64,000 bases of DNA from Microbotryum violaceum (taxonomy: Eukaryota). The stretch spans positions 248,001 through 312,000 of the forward strand of contig CDLV01000007.1 of the NCBI GenBank assembly GCA_001244265.2, written 5' to 3'. This document shows, piece after piece, positions 52,570 through 64,000 of this stretch (its first letter is position 1; each line of letters starts with the position of its first letter). A model generated the notes under the pieces. That model saw only the letters and a list, made by a program, of their open reading frames with translations, did no database searches and was not told the DNA's origin. The translations under genes and the position numbers were made by a program.

Positions 52570-55500
52570 TCACTTGAAAGGCAAATCGCACATCTCGCAC
52601 TGGGTCATACCCGACGCGTTATGAAACGTGCACTGAGGACAGGTCACCCCCTCTTCGGACATGAGCATTGTCTCGGCCTTTTCCTCCTCCTCTTTGACGG
52701 TTTCGATGATAACTTGGCGGCCCTTCTTCCGCGAGGCGATCGGTACTGCTACCTCCGCGGCCGACGATGCGGATGATGATGAGCCGACCGCGTCCTCGAT
52801 CTTTCGCTTCCTCGACGCCTCGATACCCGTAGGTACCTCCTCCACAGCATTCGCTTCATCCACGACCATGTTCTCTGCGCCACCGACATGTTCCCACCCG
52901 GACAACCCCGTCCCTCCAAAGCCTTCCTCCCTCCTCGCCTTCCCCGTGGACCGGATCTCATCCCCCACATCCTCCAACTTGGACAACCCCAATGCGCCTT
53001 CCTTAACTTCGAACAACTCGAGCACCATATCGGGCAAGATGCCCAACTTTTCGACCGTGGCAGACGAATCGTCCAATTCTTCACCTTTGAAGAAGAGCCG
53101 CTGGCAGATGGTAGGAATCGACAGCTTGTGGTCGATCTGTATACAGCGTTTTTTGCCAGGAAAAGGTTCAGGAACTCTTGCTTCCCACCAAGGCAATGGA
53201 CAGAGACGAAGAAGCACTTACCGAAATCTTAAGCACCTTGACGGTGTCCGTTTTGTTCACCTCAATGAACGTCGCCGATCGGTTCTCGTACAGCATTCCT
53301 TGGTTCCTCACGCGAGCCGAAGTACGCGTCGCACCGACCGGAGGAAAACGAACGACGACCGGTTTCTGACCGTATGTCTTCTGCGCCTTAAGAGGCATAC
53401 GCTTTCCATTCGTAGCAGGGGGCGGCGAGGAAAGGACCGTGATTTCGTCGCTATCGGAACTGTCGACGCGAGCTGTGTACCCGGACGACAAAAGAACGGG
53501 TCAGCTCTGGGCTCAGATCTCATGCACTCTATCCTGGGCGCTCGGAAAGGCACCTTTTCTGTAGTTTCCGTCCTTGTCGAACTTGTCTTCACCAATCGTG
53601 ACGACCTTGATCGTCGTTGTCGCAAAGTTCTCGCGCCTGTAGAGCTCGAACCGGGGACAGAGCATCAGCCCGAAAAGAGCCACAGCCGTGTTGCGCATTC
53701 GGTTGTTGCGTGCACTCACTGTCGTTTGAGGCATTCTTCGCACGAAGCAGGCGAGCTCAAGAACTGCAACGTCTGATAATCCTGCCACACCTTGATCTGC
53801 GGACCAGCGTTATAACTTTCACGAACCAGCGCGGTTGAAAACGTCAGTCTGCCCCACAGTCCGCCCAAAACGCAGCGTGTCCGATCACTTACTTCTCCTG
53901 CAGCAGTTTCCATTCTTGACTTGTCACCGGGTGAATTGTACGAAGTTTTTTGTTCTCGGCTTTCAGATCCGCGAGCAAGCGTTGGTGTTCACAGAGAAGT
54001 TGGGAATTGTCCAATTCACCCGGTCGTTCGCTCATGACGGAGCGGTGCGAGACCGAATGGTTCCACTCGAACCATTGTTTTTTGAAGGCTGCCGGCACGA
54101 AAGAAAATGTGATGAGTCTAGATCCATTCTCTCATTTTCGGATCTCACACTCACCATAAGGGACGAGGAAATGTTCCCCTGTACCGGTCAACAAGATCTG
54201 CGTCCCGCCCAACCGCGTATCATTCGTAAAGCTCTTGAGCACGCTCTATCGACAGAACCAAGTCAAAGTTTAGCCAATGTCCCGGAACTACTCCACTCCA
54301 CTTCTCGTGCTCAAAACTCACTTTCTCTTTTTTAGCCAATGCAACCATCCGATCATTCTCCTTGGACTCCTTGGCCTCTGCTTTTGCGCATTGAGGACAC
54401 GCCTGGGATTGCTCCAAGCGCATCGGTTGCCAATCGGGGAAAAGGGATTGCAAGATCGCGGACTCCTAGAATGCGCTCAAGTTTTCCAGAGTAACCATTA
54501 ATTCTTTCTCTCACTAAACAAGGGTTACTTGAGGATGGGAAAAACGAACCTCGAAGGACAGTTGCTCGACGCGTTTGGGATCGTGGCGCGTGAGTCCATG
54601 TTCGCACTTCACGTCGGAGAGATAAGGTTCCCCCTGGGGTGAAGGGTCCGACGCTGATCCGGGGACGTGCATCTTGGGCTTGGGGGTGCGCAACCAATCT
54701 ATACGAGCCCCGTCCATCATCAGCTAACGATCTAGATCCATTGGTCTTGCTTGTGTTGCTCAAGCTCACCTTTGAACCAAGGTTTAGAAATCGCCACGTC
54801 ACGACCCGTGTCAGCCCCATTCATCGCTTGCGTATGTTCGGCATGCTCGAGCACGTAGAGCTCCTCGACAACATGGGACCAAACGCAATCGCGGCAAAAA
54901 TCACGCGGGATCTGAAGTTCGGGGTCGAGGGTGACGCCAAGGGAGGAGAGGGCTTCGATTCCGGCCTGTGAGCAGAATCAAGCGAACAGAATCAGCGCGG
55001 ATCCAAGAAAGGATCGCAAATAAGAGTGAGGCCTACCTTGGACACGCGCTTCATGAGATCCGCCTTGTGAGGATCAATCTTGCCATGCTCGCACATAATA
55101 GCCGTCGAAGACAGCTTGTTCGAGCTCGAATCCACCTTCACGTCCGCGACACCTTCCATGGGTCCCGCTTCCACATACTCCATGGCTTGTCCTCCTTCGC
55201 CCGAGCTCTGAACTTCCGTGATCGACGAGTGAGGCTCATTCCCTCCGTCGACACCGTTCGCAATCACCTTCTTCACCTCCTTCACCTCCTCCTCCATCTC
55301 CTCCGTTCCACCATCCCTCTCATCTCCGCCAGACCCTTTCGAATCCTGCTTCCTCGACTTCTTCTTGAGCCCCTGCCCAAGCCATCTCACCAACTCGCGC
55401 TTATCAACCGCATAACTCGGTCCACCCCCCTCTCTCTCCTCAACGACTTGCCAAACGCGATAGACGGATCTCTTCGCCTCGCGCAGGCGATCAAATTCTT

Positions 55501-58298
55501 CTTTGACCGAGGCGACCCTGGTCAGAGCAACAACACAAGGATAGGGTTCAGGCATGGATGCTTATACCAGCCTCACATCTTTCGCACTCACCTCGCATGA
55601 TACTCGTCCACTATCTTCCCATGTGCATCATCAAGACGTTGAACTTCGGCCAGGGCGAGTAAAGGAGGGATCGGTTCGACGTTGTTGGGGGCGGGAGCCA
55701 TCTCGGACGTGCCGACGACTCTGTATTGGCGTTGAGGGGCAGATTCGCTTCGACGCTTGTAAACGAGCATGTCTGACCGTTCAGACGATCGTGAGGGTGT
55801 CAATGCAGCGCCTCGACAAGGGGGAGGAAGAGTTGCTACTTACAAGCATCTTTCGATTTAGGACGTTTGCTGCGGGACCCGATACGACATCCCCAGAACG
55901 TCAGCCAACCTCGCACATCACATCGAAGCTTCTACCTTCCCCCGCAACTCACCTAGTCCCATCCGTCTTCTCATCCCCATTCTGAACTTGCACCTTCCCC
56001 TTTGCCTTTGCCTTTGCCTTTGCCTTCGCTTTCCCCCTCCCTTGCACCTTCGACATGGGCCTTCCCCTTCCTTTCGAGCCGCCCTCCTGATACTCATCAT
56101 CCGAGGATACAACAATCTCATCGACGTCCTCATCGTCCTCTTCTTCTCCATCTTCCTCTTCGTCCTTGTATACCCGAGAGATGTCAAAGTCCTCGATGGG
56201 GGTGACAACTTCGTCATCAAAGAGATACCACTGATTCGAACTATCGAAATAAAATCTCGCATCAGGTGAGCTCCTGCTCCGCCCAGCCCCCCCCCCCCCC
56301 CCCCCCCAAAAAAAACATACCTATCATCAAATACCTGCGCAACATAATGTCCATGATGCGCGCTGACCCCCTTATGCAACAAAACACCTTTCAGATCGTA
56401 CCACATGTCCCCCTCCCTTTGACTCGCTTCAACGAATTGACTCATGTCGATCGAGGGGGGGTACGAGATGGTGTGCTGCGATTTTTTGCGCTGGCCTTGT
56501 TTGAGGGAGTAGCCGAAGCGCAGGAGGGAGAAATGAAGGACCTGTGTTGCAGAGGAAGGCGTGTTGAATTCTTTCTTCTGCGTTCGATCGGGCTAGTTTG
56601 ACTGACAGGTGGTAGTGAATGCAGTCGGGTATAACGAATCGCATCGCATTTCCTCTGACAATTGTCGCAGTAGTACCTGTAAGAGGGCACCCTTCATCAA
56701 TCGCGCTGGCCAGACTGATGGAGAGAATACTGACTTACTGATTCTCCTTTTCCATCCTCTCATCACCCAGACTTTCCGCGACCCTAGCCTCGAGTTCACA
56801 ATTCGCCTGTTAAACGTGAATAAATGCCCATGGTCAACATTCGTCCATAGGAGATGTTCAATGTCGCATGGGACGGTTCTGGCAACTGCTTTACCTTGAG
56901 CGTCACTTCGAGTTCGTTAAAGGTCGAGCTCCGTTCGGACGCGTTGTTGCAGCCCGTGCATCGGGTGCCATAGAAGATCTTACCCTCGAACTGCACACTC
57001 CAGTAGTCAGCCTCATCCCATTCTTCAGTCAGACGACCTCTATTTAGAGCCCATCGCTCGCACTTACCCTACTGGCGATCAACCCCGCCACCTCCTCCCC
57101 TTCAGACCCGCCCCTAGCCTTCCCTGCCTGGCTCACCTCATGATCCAATAAACTCATAAACAGCTTCTGAAACTCGGTCGCATCCTGCTGTTCGCCCGTA
57201 TCCAATTTGAGGGACCGGATCAAGGGTGTGGGGTCATAGACGGCCTGGACGGAGGTTTGGAGAAATGTGAAGAGCACTTGGAGGTGGTAGAGCGGGGAGT
57301 TGGTGATAGGTGTTGGGCAGGTCGGCGAGACGGGTTTGCAGGCGTAAATCCCGTTGCGGAAGACGGGGTCGCGGAACCAGACCTGTGATTGTACAGGAGA
57401 AAACGGTGGTCAGTCCGAGGTCCGAAAAAACACCCCGGGGGCGGGGCTCGAATGCGCACCTGGAGGAAACTGTTGGCGTAGCAGGTTGCGCCAAGGTTCT
57501 GTGGAAGATTGCATGTCGCTCTGCTTAGTATATTCCAGCTGTCTGGAGCGAATGTGCTGCCCACCTTGAGTCCGACCGGTACGCCCGGATCGCGCAGATT
57601 CTGGCTCGGATCTTCGCCGACCCCTCTTGACGAAGCAAATGTTTCCAGCGCTTTCTCTATGAGCTCATAGCGAAGGTCAGGAACGTGAACCCGCTATCCA
57701 CACACTTGGAGAAGAACGATGATTGACCTGTATCCTCCCATTTTTGTTGACCCAACCAGTTCAAGCACTTGGGATCGGTCGAACAATTCTCGGACGAGCA
57801 CTCGAGAGGGTCCTTGGCTGTCGCCTTTTCCTTGCCCTTCCTGGAGGCCGGTTTCTGGACGCCGACGGCTCTGCTTTGGTCTTGGTCATCGTCGGTGGTG
57901 ATATCAATGACGATCGAGCCTTCTTTGACAGTTTGAGCGGCGCCAGAAGAGCGTGATTGTTCGGTGTGCACGAGTGGGGAATCACGCTGCACCCCCACTT
58001 GGCCGTTGGTGGTGATCGCGTCGTGGCTCGATCGAGACGTGCAAGACCTCGGGTATCCTCTTTCATCATCTGTCACTTGCCCGGCCCGACTCGCCATCTC
58101 AATCCCATAAGCGAGCCTCATCAAGCGCTCGTCCAAATCCTGCTTACTGGACCCACTCAAACTCCACGTGCTCATCCTCCCCGTCGCACGGTCCTCCTTC
58201 ACCGTCAGAGCACGCGCATTATCCTCCTGGACGCGGTGCCAGACTTGTTGTAAAGGCGTCGGACGGACCTGCGCCTTGTGGGAAGAACTTTTCACCAT
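52570..58298 (-). CDS. USP48/UBP26-like ubiquitin-specific protease (USP + DUSP-like repeats + UBL + C-terminal RanBP2/NZF finger)
   Basis: Cys box NLGATCYANSFLQ/VWF; EQQDATEFQKLF; YYCDNCQRKCDA; His box GVLLHKGVSAHHGHYVA; repeated CEH motifs; UBL IPTICQRLFFKGEELDDSSATV; TCPQCTFHN...CEMCDLP. Confidence 0.88.
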
Positions 58299-58790
58299 CC
58301 TCTCCGCCTCGGGAACGGCTGAGCTGAGGATGAAAAGCTCGTGCAGGTGCGAGTGGAGGGGTGGGAAAGGGGGAACAGACAAGCAACAACCGCGCGCGCG
58401 AGGTAAACCGGCCGGGCGCGTCCGCGCGACGACCTGGCGCGACGTCACTGACCGAAATCGAGTGTTGGACTCGTTTAGGATACGATGAGACGCCGATTAG
58501 CACTTGATGACCTTGGGCATAATATGTGTGGACACCTCAACACCACACTGTCCCGCCCTTTAAAATAGTGGCATCGCCTTTGGGTCTTTCTCTGCCCTCT
58601 CTCTCTCTCTCCGTTGTTCAGCCCAATCTTTTCTGAAGATGATGACCTTTTGCCGTAGTTGAATACACTGAACAATGAACCTCCGTCTCCCCGAGAACGA
58701 CGCTTCGCTACCCTTCCTTCGAGGCTCTCCTATCCCAGTAGTCAAAAATATATTCTCGTCTCCAATCCTTTCTGAATGAGAAGTGTGAAT

Positions 58791-59517
58791 TTAATGAGCA
58801 TCACCTGAACCGGCGCAGAACGCCTTGTACGCATCGTCGTTCAACAGCTGTTCGAACTCGGACGGGTTCGACAACTTGATCTTGGCGAGCCAGCCTGATC
58901 GACCATCGAACAATCAGTTCCCGCCGATCTCAATCTCATGATCCGAAAGTGAAGCTGACCGACCTTCGTCGTGAGCACTCTTGTTCAACAAACCCGGTTC
59001 GTCACCCAACGCATCGTTCACTTCCTCAATCTGTCCCGAAACGGGTGCATAAATATCCGAAGCCGCTTTGACGCTCTCGACCGCTCCGATCTGTTCCCCT
59101 TTCTCAACTTGGGTTTCGGGTGTAGGCAATTCGACGTAGACGACGTCGCCTAGTGATTTTTGCGCATAGTCCGTGATGCCAATGGTGCCGATCGAGGAGG
59201 AGCTATCGAACCGAATCCATTCGTGTTCGATCGTGTAGCGCGTCGCTGATAGAATCAAACACACACGGGACAAAAGGAATAAGAGATCAGTTTTTCGTTG
59301 CTATGCACTACTTGTCCATCAGCGTGTTTCCCTCGCTCTTCCTCCTGTCCACCCCCTCCCAACCCTTCCCATCCCTTAACCCTCGCTCCCCCTCCTCCTC
59401 GAACTTACTAACGATCGTCCTCACCGCCATATGACGCTGCGCGAACCCCGCACCGATCGAACTCGAACGAACGATAGATCGCAACAAAGTAGGTCGGAGC
59501 ATCGAGGTGGCCAACAT
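58791..59517 (-). CDS. GCV3: Glycine cleavage system H protein, mitochondrial
   Basis: Arg/Ser-rich presequence; EHEWIR...IGITDYAQKSLGDVVYVELP...AVESVKAASDIYAPVSG (lipoyl-Lys); GWLAKIKLSNPSEFEQLL. Confidence 0.96.
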
Positions 59518-59921
59518 GATTCTTAGCTAAGTTGGGAGGGAAGGAAGACGAAAGCGTCGGGCTAATATGCGGGTGGAGGGATGATAGATAACACGCTTGT
59601 TTCTTGGCGGTCCGGATTAGAAAAGGTTTCTGGTGACTAATTCCAGCACCGATTTCGAACAGCTTGCACCCAGTGTCAACTTTACGAAGAATCAAGCACA
59701 CCTCGGCGCCTGGTCAGAGGCATTCAGACGAGACAAATGAAAAAAAAAATCTGCAAGAACAGAAAGAGAAGCCCGTCCCACTTGAGTTCAATTCGAAACG
59801 TCCAACTTCAAGCCGGACGCACGCAAAGAGGTGCGTCGTTTGCAACAAAGGAAACGATGATTTATGCAATTAAGTAAGTATAGAAAGGAACAAAGAAAGA
59901 CAAAAGAACCTTGCCCGCGTT

Positions 59922-59948
59922 CAAAAAAAAAAAAAAAAAAAAAAAAAA
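59922..59948. repeat. Poly(A) homopolymer run (~27 nt)
   Basis: Directly visible just 3' of the CYSTM gene stop (poly-U in its 3' UTR if transcribed). Confidence 0.85.
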
Positions 59949-60010
59949 CCGTCGACAAGAAGATGGGTGGGTCCGGGAAAGCAACGGATTTGTAGCTCGA
60001 CCGTTTTCGT

Positions 60011-61150
60011 TTACATCAACAGGTCGCAGCACATCTCCTCGGCGCTGATCAGGCCGAACGAAACCATCATGGGGTCAGTTGCGTTTCACGAGCCCAAGGA
60101 AGTACGACTTGTCGCACTGACCAGCAACACAGGCAAGCACCGGCCAAGCAAGCGCAGCAACCCGTTCCCGCTCCTACACCCGGCGATTTCTGGTTCGGTT
60201 GCACGTAGACCCTGCGAAAATACAACGATCAGAATTCACCCATCTTGTCAGCTCTCATCCCGAATCGAGAGAGCCAGACGAGTCTCTCCACCCGAGTGGC
60301 GCGAGTTGGAAGGGACGTACTGTTGAGGCATCTGTTGTTGTCCATATCCTTGTTGGGGGTAGTAGGCTCTATTCGATTCAAAGGGGTAGAGCACGGTGAT
60401 GAGCATCGCTGCAGGACGCCAGCTGATCGATTGCGCCGTGTTCACTGCGCCGTTCGGCCATTCGCCCACGGTCGTTTGTTGCGTTGACCGAACGTGGGGC
60501 TTTCCCCTCGGGCGAACTCACTGCTGAGGGGGTTGAGGGGCTTGAGGGGGGTAGTACTGTGCAAGCACGTCAGGAACACAGAGGTCAGTCTGCTGTATCG
60601 AAAGACGTTGGACCGATGTTGAGATCTGGTGACGCACGCCCTGTTGAGGCGGTCCTTGTTGGTACTGTTGCTGCGGGTCTATTGTTTCAGGAAAAGGCGG
60701 GGATGGTATGGTGTGTCAGTCTAGCCGTGGATGTATATGACTCGATCGTGCTGGAAGGTCTGGACGCGCAAAGAAGTGTGACTGTGCACAGCTCGGGACG
60801 AACGACCGACGGGGTGTCTCGGTCAGGGGACACCGCCTCGGGGAATCCCGACCAGCGCCTTCCTTGAGAAACACGGCCACCACCACGAACGTACATCCGC
60901 CTTGCTGAGGGTATCCCTTGTTCTGTTGTCCACCGTAATAGTCCTGCAGGGAAGGGGAAGGGGCGGGAAGGACGTGATCAGTTCTCCGGGTGAGTGTCCC
61001 GTCGGGGTCTGCGAACGACGAAGGAGAGTCTATTCTTGGACGGCGGGGGATTGGACGAAGCCCAGTAGGCGAACGAGAGCGCGAGGGCGGCGGGTACATG
61101 AAAGGGTAGAGGAGGGGATGAGCTGTCAAGGTACTTGCTTGAGCGGCCAT
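60011..61150 (-). CDS. Small Gln/Pro/Tyr-rich protein with cysteine-rich C-terminal membrane module (CYSTM), 7 exons
   Basis: MAAQ / DYYGGQQNKGYPQQGG / YPQQQYQQGPPQQG / YYPPQAPQPPQQ / AYYPQQGYGQQQMPQQ / VYVQPNQKSPGVGAGTGCCACLAGACLCCC / AEEMCCDLLM*. All junctions are phase-compatible. Confidence 0.88.
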
Positions 61151-61693
61151 AATTGAGTTTAAACGTTAAACGTTAATGGGGAGATGGGGAGGTAGACAGG
61201 GCTGGGTGTGGGTGAGCGGTGGAGGTGCAAGTAGGGGTAGGCAAGCGCAAGAACGAGCCAGAACGAGTCGAGGCGCGCGCCAAAACAGACCTTTGGCCGC
61301 CGGCGATTGGCTGAAGAAGCTTGATTCCTAATCAGCTAGCAAGCCCATCGCTACTAATACTACTATTGGGAATCGTGCTCTCAATTGAGCGTGGTCTCCT
61401 TGCTTCCCGGTCACGGTCTCACTTGACTGGCATGGTTATGGATCCACGGGTAGTGAGTGATCAAAGGACCAAAAGGTAATTTCTGATCTTTAGAGTAGTT
61501 GACCTTACACGACACGATTCCATCTCCGGGAACAGTCGCTAGCGCCCACCGTTCGGCGTTGGCCCCGTCAAATTAAATCGTCGATCAGCTGGTTAGAAAA
61601 CGTGACCTGCGCGCAATCTGCCGCGATTCGAGCGCGGGCAAAGCTGCGAAAAGGTTCGCAAACGTTCGCGACCATCGGTTTGGTTTCTTACCC

Positions 61694-64000
61694 ATGTTCG
61701 CCGGAGCATTACTACGGAGCACCGTCAGCGCAACTGTCAGTTGTGCCGCTCGGATCCTCTCGAGGGCTAGTAGTACTCCTAGCCTTGCACAGGCACCATT
61801 GCCCAACTCGATCGGTTGGCTTTGGATGAAGCGCAAGAGGTCCGTGTCCCCTGTTCTCGATCGACACCGTCACAATTCCAGTCTTAATTCGAGTCGTCGT
61901 CCTCGCGCTCCGTCGTGTGGCCCGGCTGCGACCGCGAATAATCGTTTATCGGGTCGCCTGGCTTCTACGCTCTCGTCTGCGTCTGCGTCTGAGGCTGCGT
62001 CGGCGTCATCGGCCGCTCCTCCCCCCAGCGCCCGCGCGAAACACGTCGCACCAGCAGTCGCACCAGCAGTCGCACCAGCAGTCGCACCACCGTCGTTTTC
62101 CACCCCAACAGCGCCTCGAGACCGTCGACTTTCACCCGAGGAAACGCGCATCTACTCGGAAAAGACACTGCAGAGGGTCGAACAACGCGAACAGGATCGC
62201 GCGGCAGGCAAGACCAGCAGAATGAATCGACGTGGTGGTGGAGCAGCAGCGGGCAGAACACCCGCATCTGCGACCGGTCCCAACGCCAGTGTGCTCGCCC
62301 CATCAGGTAGTGCCCTCACCAACAATTCCGCCGCCAGGGGAAGGGGTAATGCCAAGCCGACCGGCAACACCCCCAAAGTCAAAGCCGATACGACACCGGG
62401 GCCGATCTACGACCGCGCCTACATCGTCTCGCTCTGGCCAAGGCTCGGCGGGAAAGGCCAGCTCAGCGACAAGTACCTGAACAACCCCAAATCGATCGTG
62501 TCCAACTACATCTCGTCCCTAGGCGCACTACCCAAGTATACCACCAAGAAGGTTGTCATCGAGGGCAAGCCTCTGTTCAGGTCAGTCGGCACAACGCCCC
62601 GCGGCTGCGAAGCTCGCTCCCGGTCGGAAATGCTGACTCCTCATCGTGAAACTGCCCCTTGCCTATCCGCCGGCTTTTCAGAGCAACAATCGTCGCCGAT
62701 GCAGATCCATTACCACCCCCACCCGTCTACGGTGCGCCTTCGCTCCCCCAATCCGTCGAGCCTCTCGTCGGCACAGGGGACGCGACGAACAGCAAAGAAG
62801 CCGAGAAATTCGCCGCGTTGCACGCCTGCGTCCAACTCTCCGCCCGCGGCCTTTTCACCCCGTCGAACCAACCTCTTCCCGATCGTCTGGCCAATTCGAT
62901 CAATTATGGTGCAGGAGCGATCATGAACGGTGAGAATGCCGTGGCAGAGTCGAGCACGGGTGGAGCGACGATCGCTGCTGCGACGATGGCACAGAATTTG
63001 GCCGCTTTGAAGGACGGCAATGCGATCGAGTTGGCCGGAGGACAAATCATCACTTTGGAACAGGCGAGGGAGTTTATGGACTTTTACTGTTCGTCTCCCA
63101 TCGTTCAAGTCCTCGAATCGCGATGGCCTAGCTGCTGACGTTTCTTTCTCTTTTGACAGGTCAAAAATTCGGATTTGGCAAACCCGACCTCCAGATCACG
63201 CGAGTCGTCGCCAAAGGATCCAACCACAAACGAGCCAAAAATGCCGTCCAAGAGGCGTGGCAAGCGACGCTACTCGTACAAGGGAGCAAGATCGGCGTCG
63301 CCGAAGCGCGCAACAAGAAGCAAGCTTCGAACCGCGCCTACCTCGACTTTGCGCGTCACCTCGATTCAAGCGATCCGACCTTGTGGCCTATGTGGCAGGA
63401 CAAGAAGAGGGCCAACGTCATTGCCAAGGGGCATGTGATGGCCCAGGTCGTGTTTGAGGCAGATCAGGACTCGGCCGAGGATTTGGAAGAGGTCGTTTAT
63501 GGAGCGAGGGAGAGCGGGCTCTACGAGAGGGCTAGGGCGATGATTGAACACCAGCAAGCCAAGAGGGCCGAATTGAGGAGGCAAAGGCGCAGGAATGTCG
63601 AAGGACGCCAAGGCGCAGAAACTCAGACATCCGAGGCGTTGACTGGGAGCTCTGAGCAAGATGTGCAGAGGCTCGCGCTCAAAGAGACAAGGCTCAAGGA
63701 GAAGAGCGAAGATCTCATGTCGCGCCTGAGGAACTACCAGACTGATGAAAGGGTCGAAAAGATGCGAGAGCAACGGGCGAGCTTACCCGTCGGGTCTCAT
63801 GCTTCGTCCGTACTCGCCAAGATAGCCACTTCGTCCGTCACTGTCGTCTTGGCCGCCACCGGTTCCGGAAAGACGACGCAGATACCCCAGCTGATCTTGG
63901 ACGACTGGATCTTGCGTGGCGATGGCGCCAAGTGCAACGTCGTGTGCACGCAACCTCGTCGAATTGCCGCGATCTCGGTCGCCGAACGTGTCGCCAAGGA
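61694..64000 (+). CDS. DEAH/RHA RNA helicase (DHX30/DHX36-like), 5' part; probable mitochondrial presequence and dsRBD-like domains
   Basis: LPVGSHASSVL...VLAATGSGKTTQIPQLILD...NVVCTQPRRIAAISVAERVAK; upstream GTGDATNSKEAEKFAALHAC and IGVAEARNKKQAS dsRBD-like ends; MFAGALLRS... presequence. Confidence 0.9.

Noticed and set aside
52661..53776. 371-aa plus-strand ORF
   Set aside because: Antisense to the USP48-like exons; low-complexity mirror translation.
55998..56030. (CTTTGC)n hexamer repeat
   Set aside because: Encodes a Lys-Ala low-complexity run in the USP48-like protein; ordinary coding microsatellite.
56288..56315. Poly-C/poly-A run
   Set aside because: Lies inside a USP48-like intron; simple homopolymer.
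62065..62090. 12-bp tandem repeat GTCGCACCAGCA
   Set aside because: In-frame VAPA repeat in the disordered helicase N-terminus; unremarkable.

Overview
Eukaryotic, GC-rich, intron-dense genomic DNA from a basidiomycete fungus. Gene content and splice style suggest Pucciniomycotina/Microbotryomycetes, but that is inference. The window is mostly a compact run of spliced housekeeping and regulatory genes: UBC6/UBE2J-type E2, a small EF-hand-like protein, PIS1, PFS2/WDR33, a Gds1/HARE-type winged-helix protein, a GH5 hydrolase, SIP5-like, an SDR, an SLC35F6-like transporter, MZM1, JSN1/PUF2-like, SCAMP, WDR26/GID7, a CSL transcription factor, VPS54, a USP48-like DUB, GCV3, a CYSTM protein and the 5' part of a DEAH-box helicase. 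One accessory, decaying island (~38.4-43.2 kb) holds a 5'-truncated LINE (RNase H + CCHC) with a premature stop, a secreted ferritin-like/Rds1 pseudogene with two in-frame stops, and a second, more decayed tandem copy of it. Other points of note: up to five GC-AG introns, several microexons, an intronless CSL gene, an NZF-tailed USP48-like enzyme and a 37-bp tandem triplication abutting a stop codon. No tRNA, rRNA or CRISPR array was found, and I found no convincing wholly new system. Gene spans are first codon to stop and include introns; exon structures were deduced by eye.
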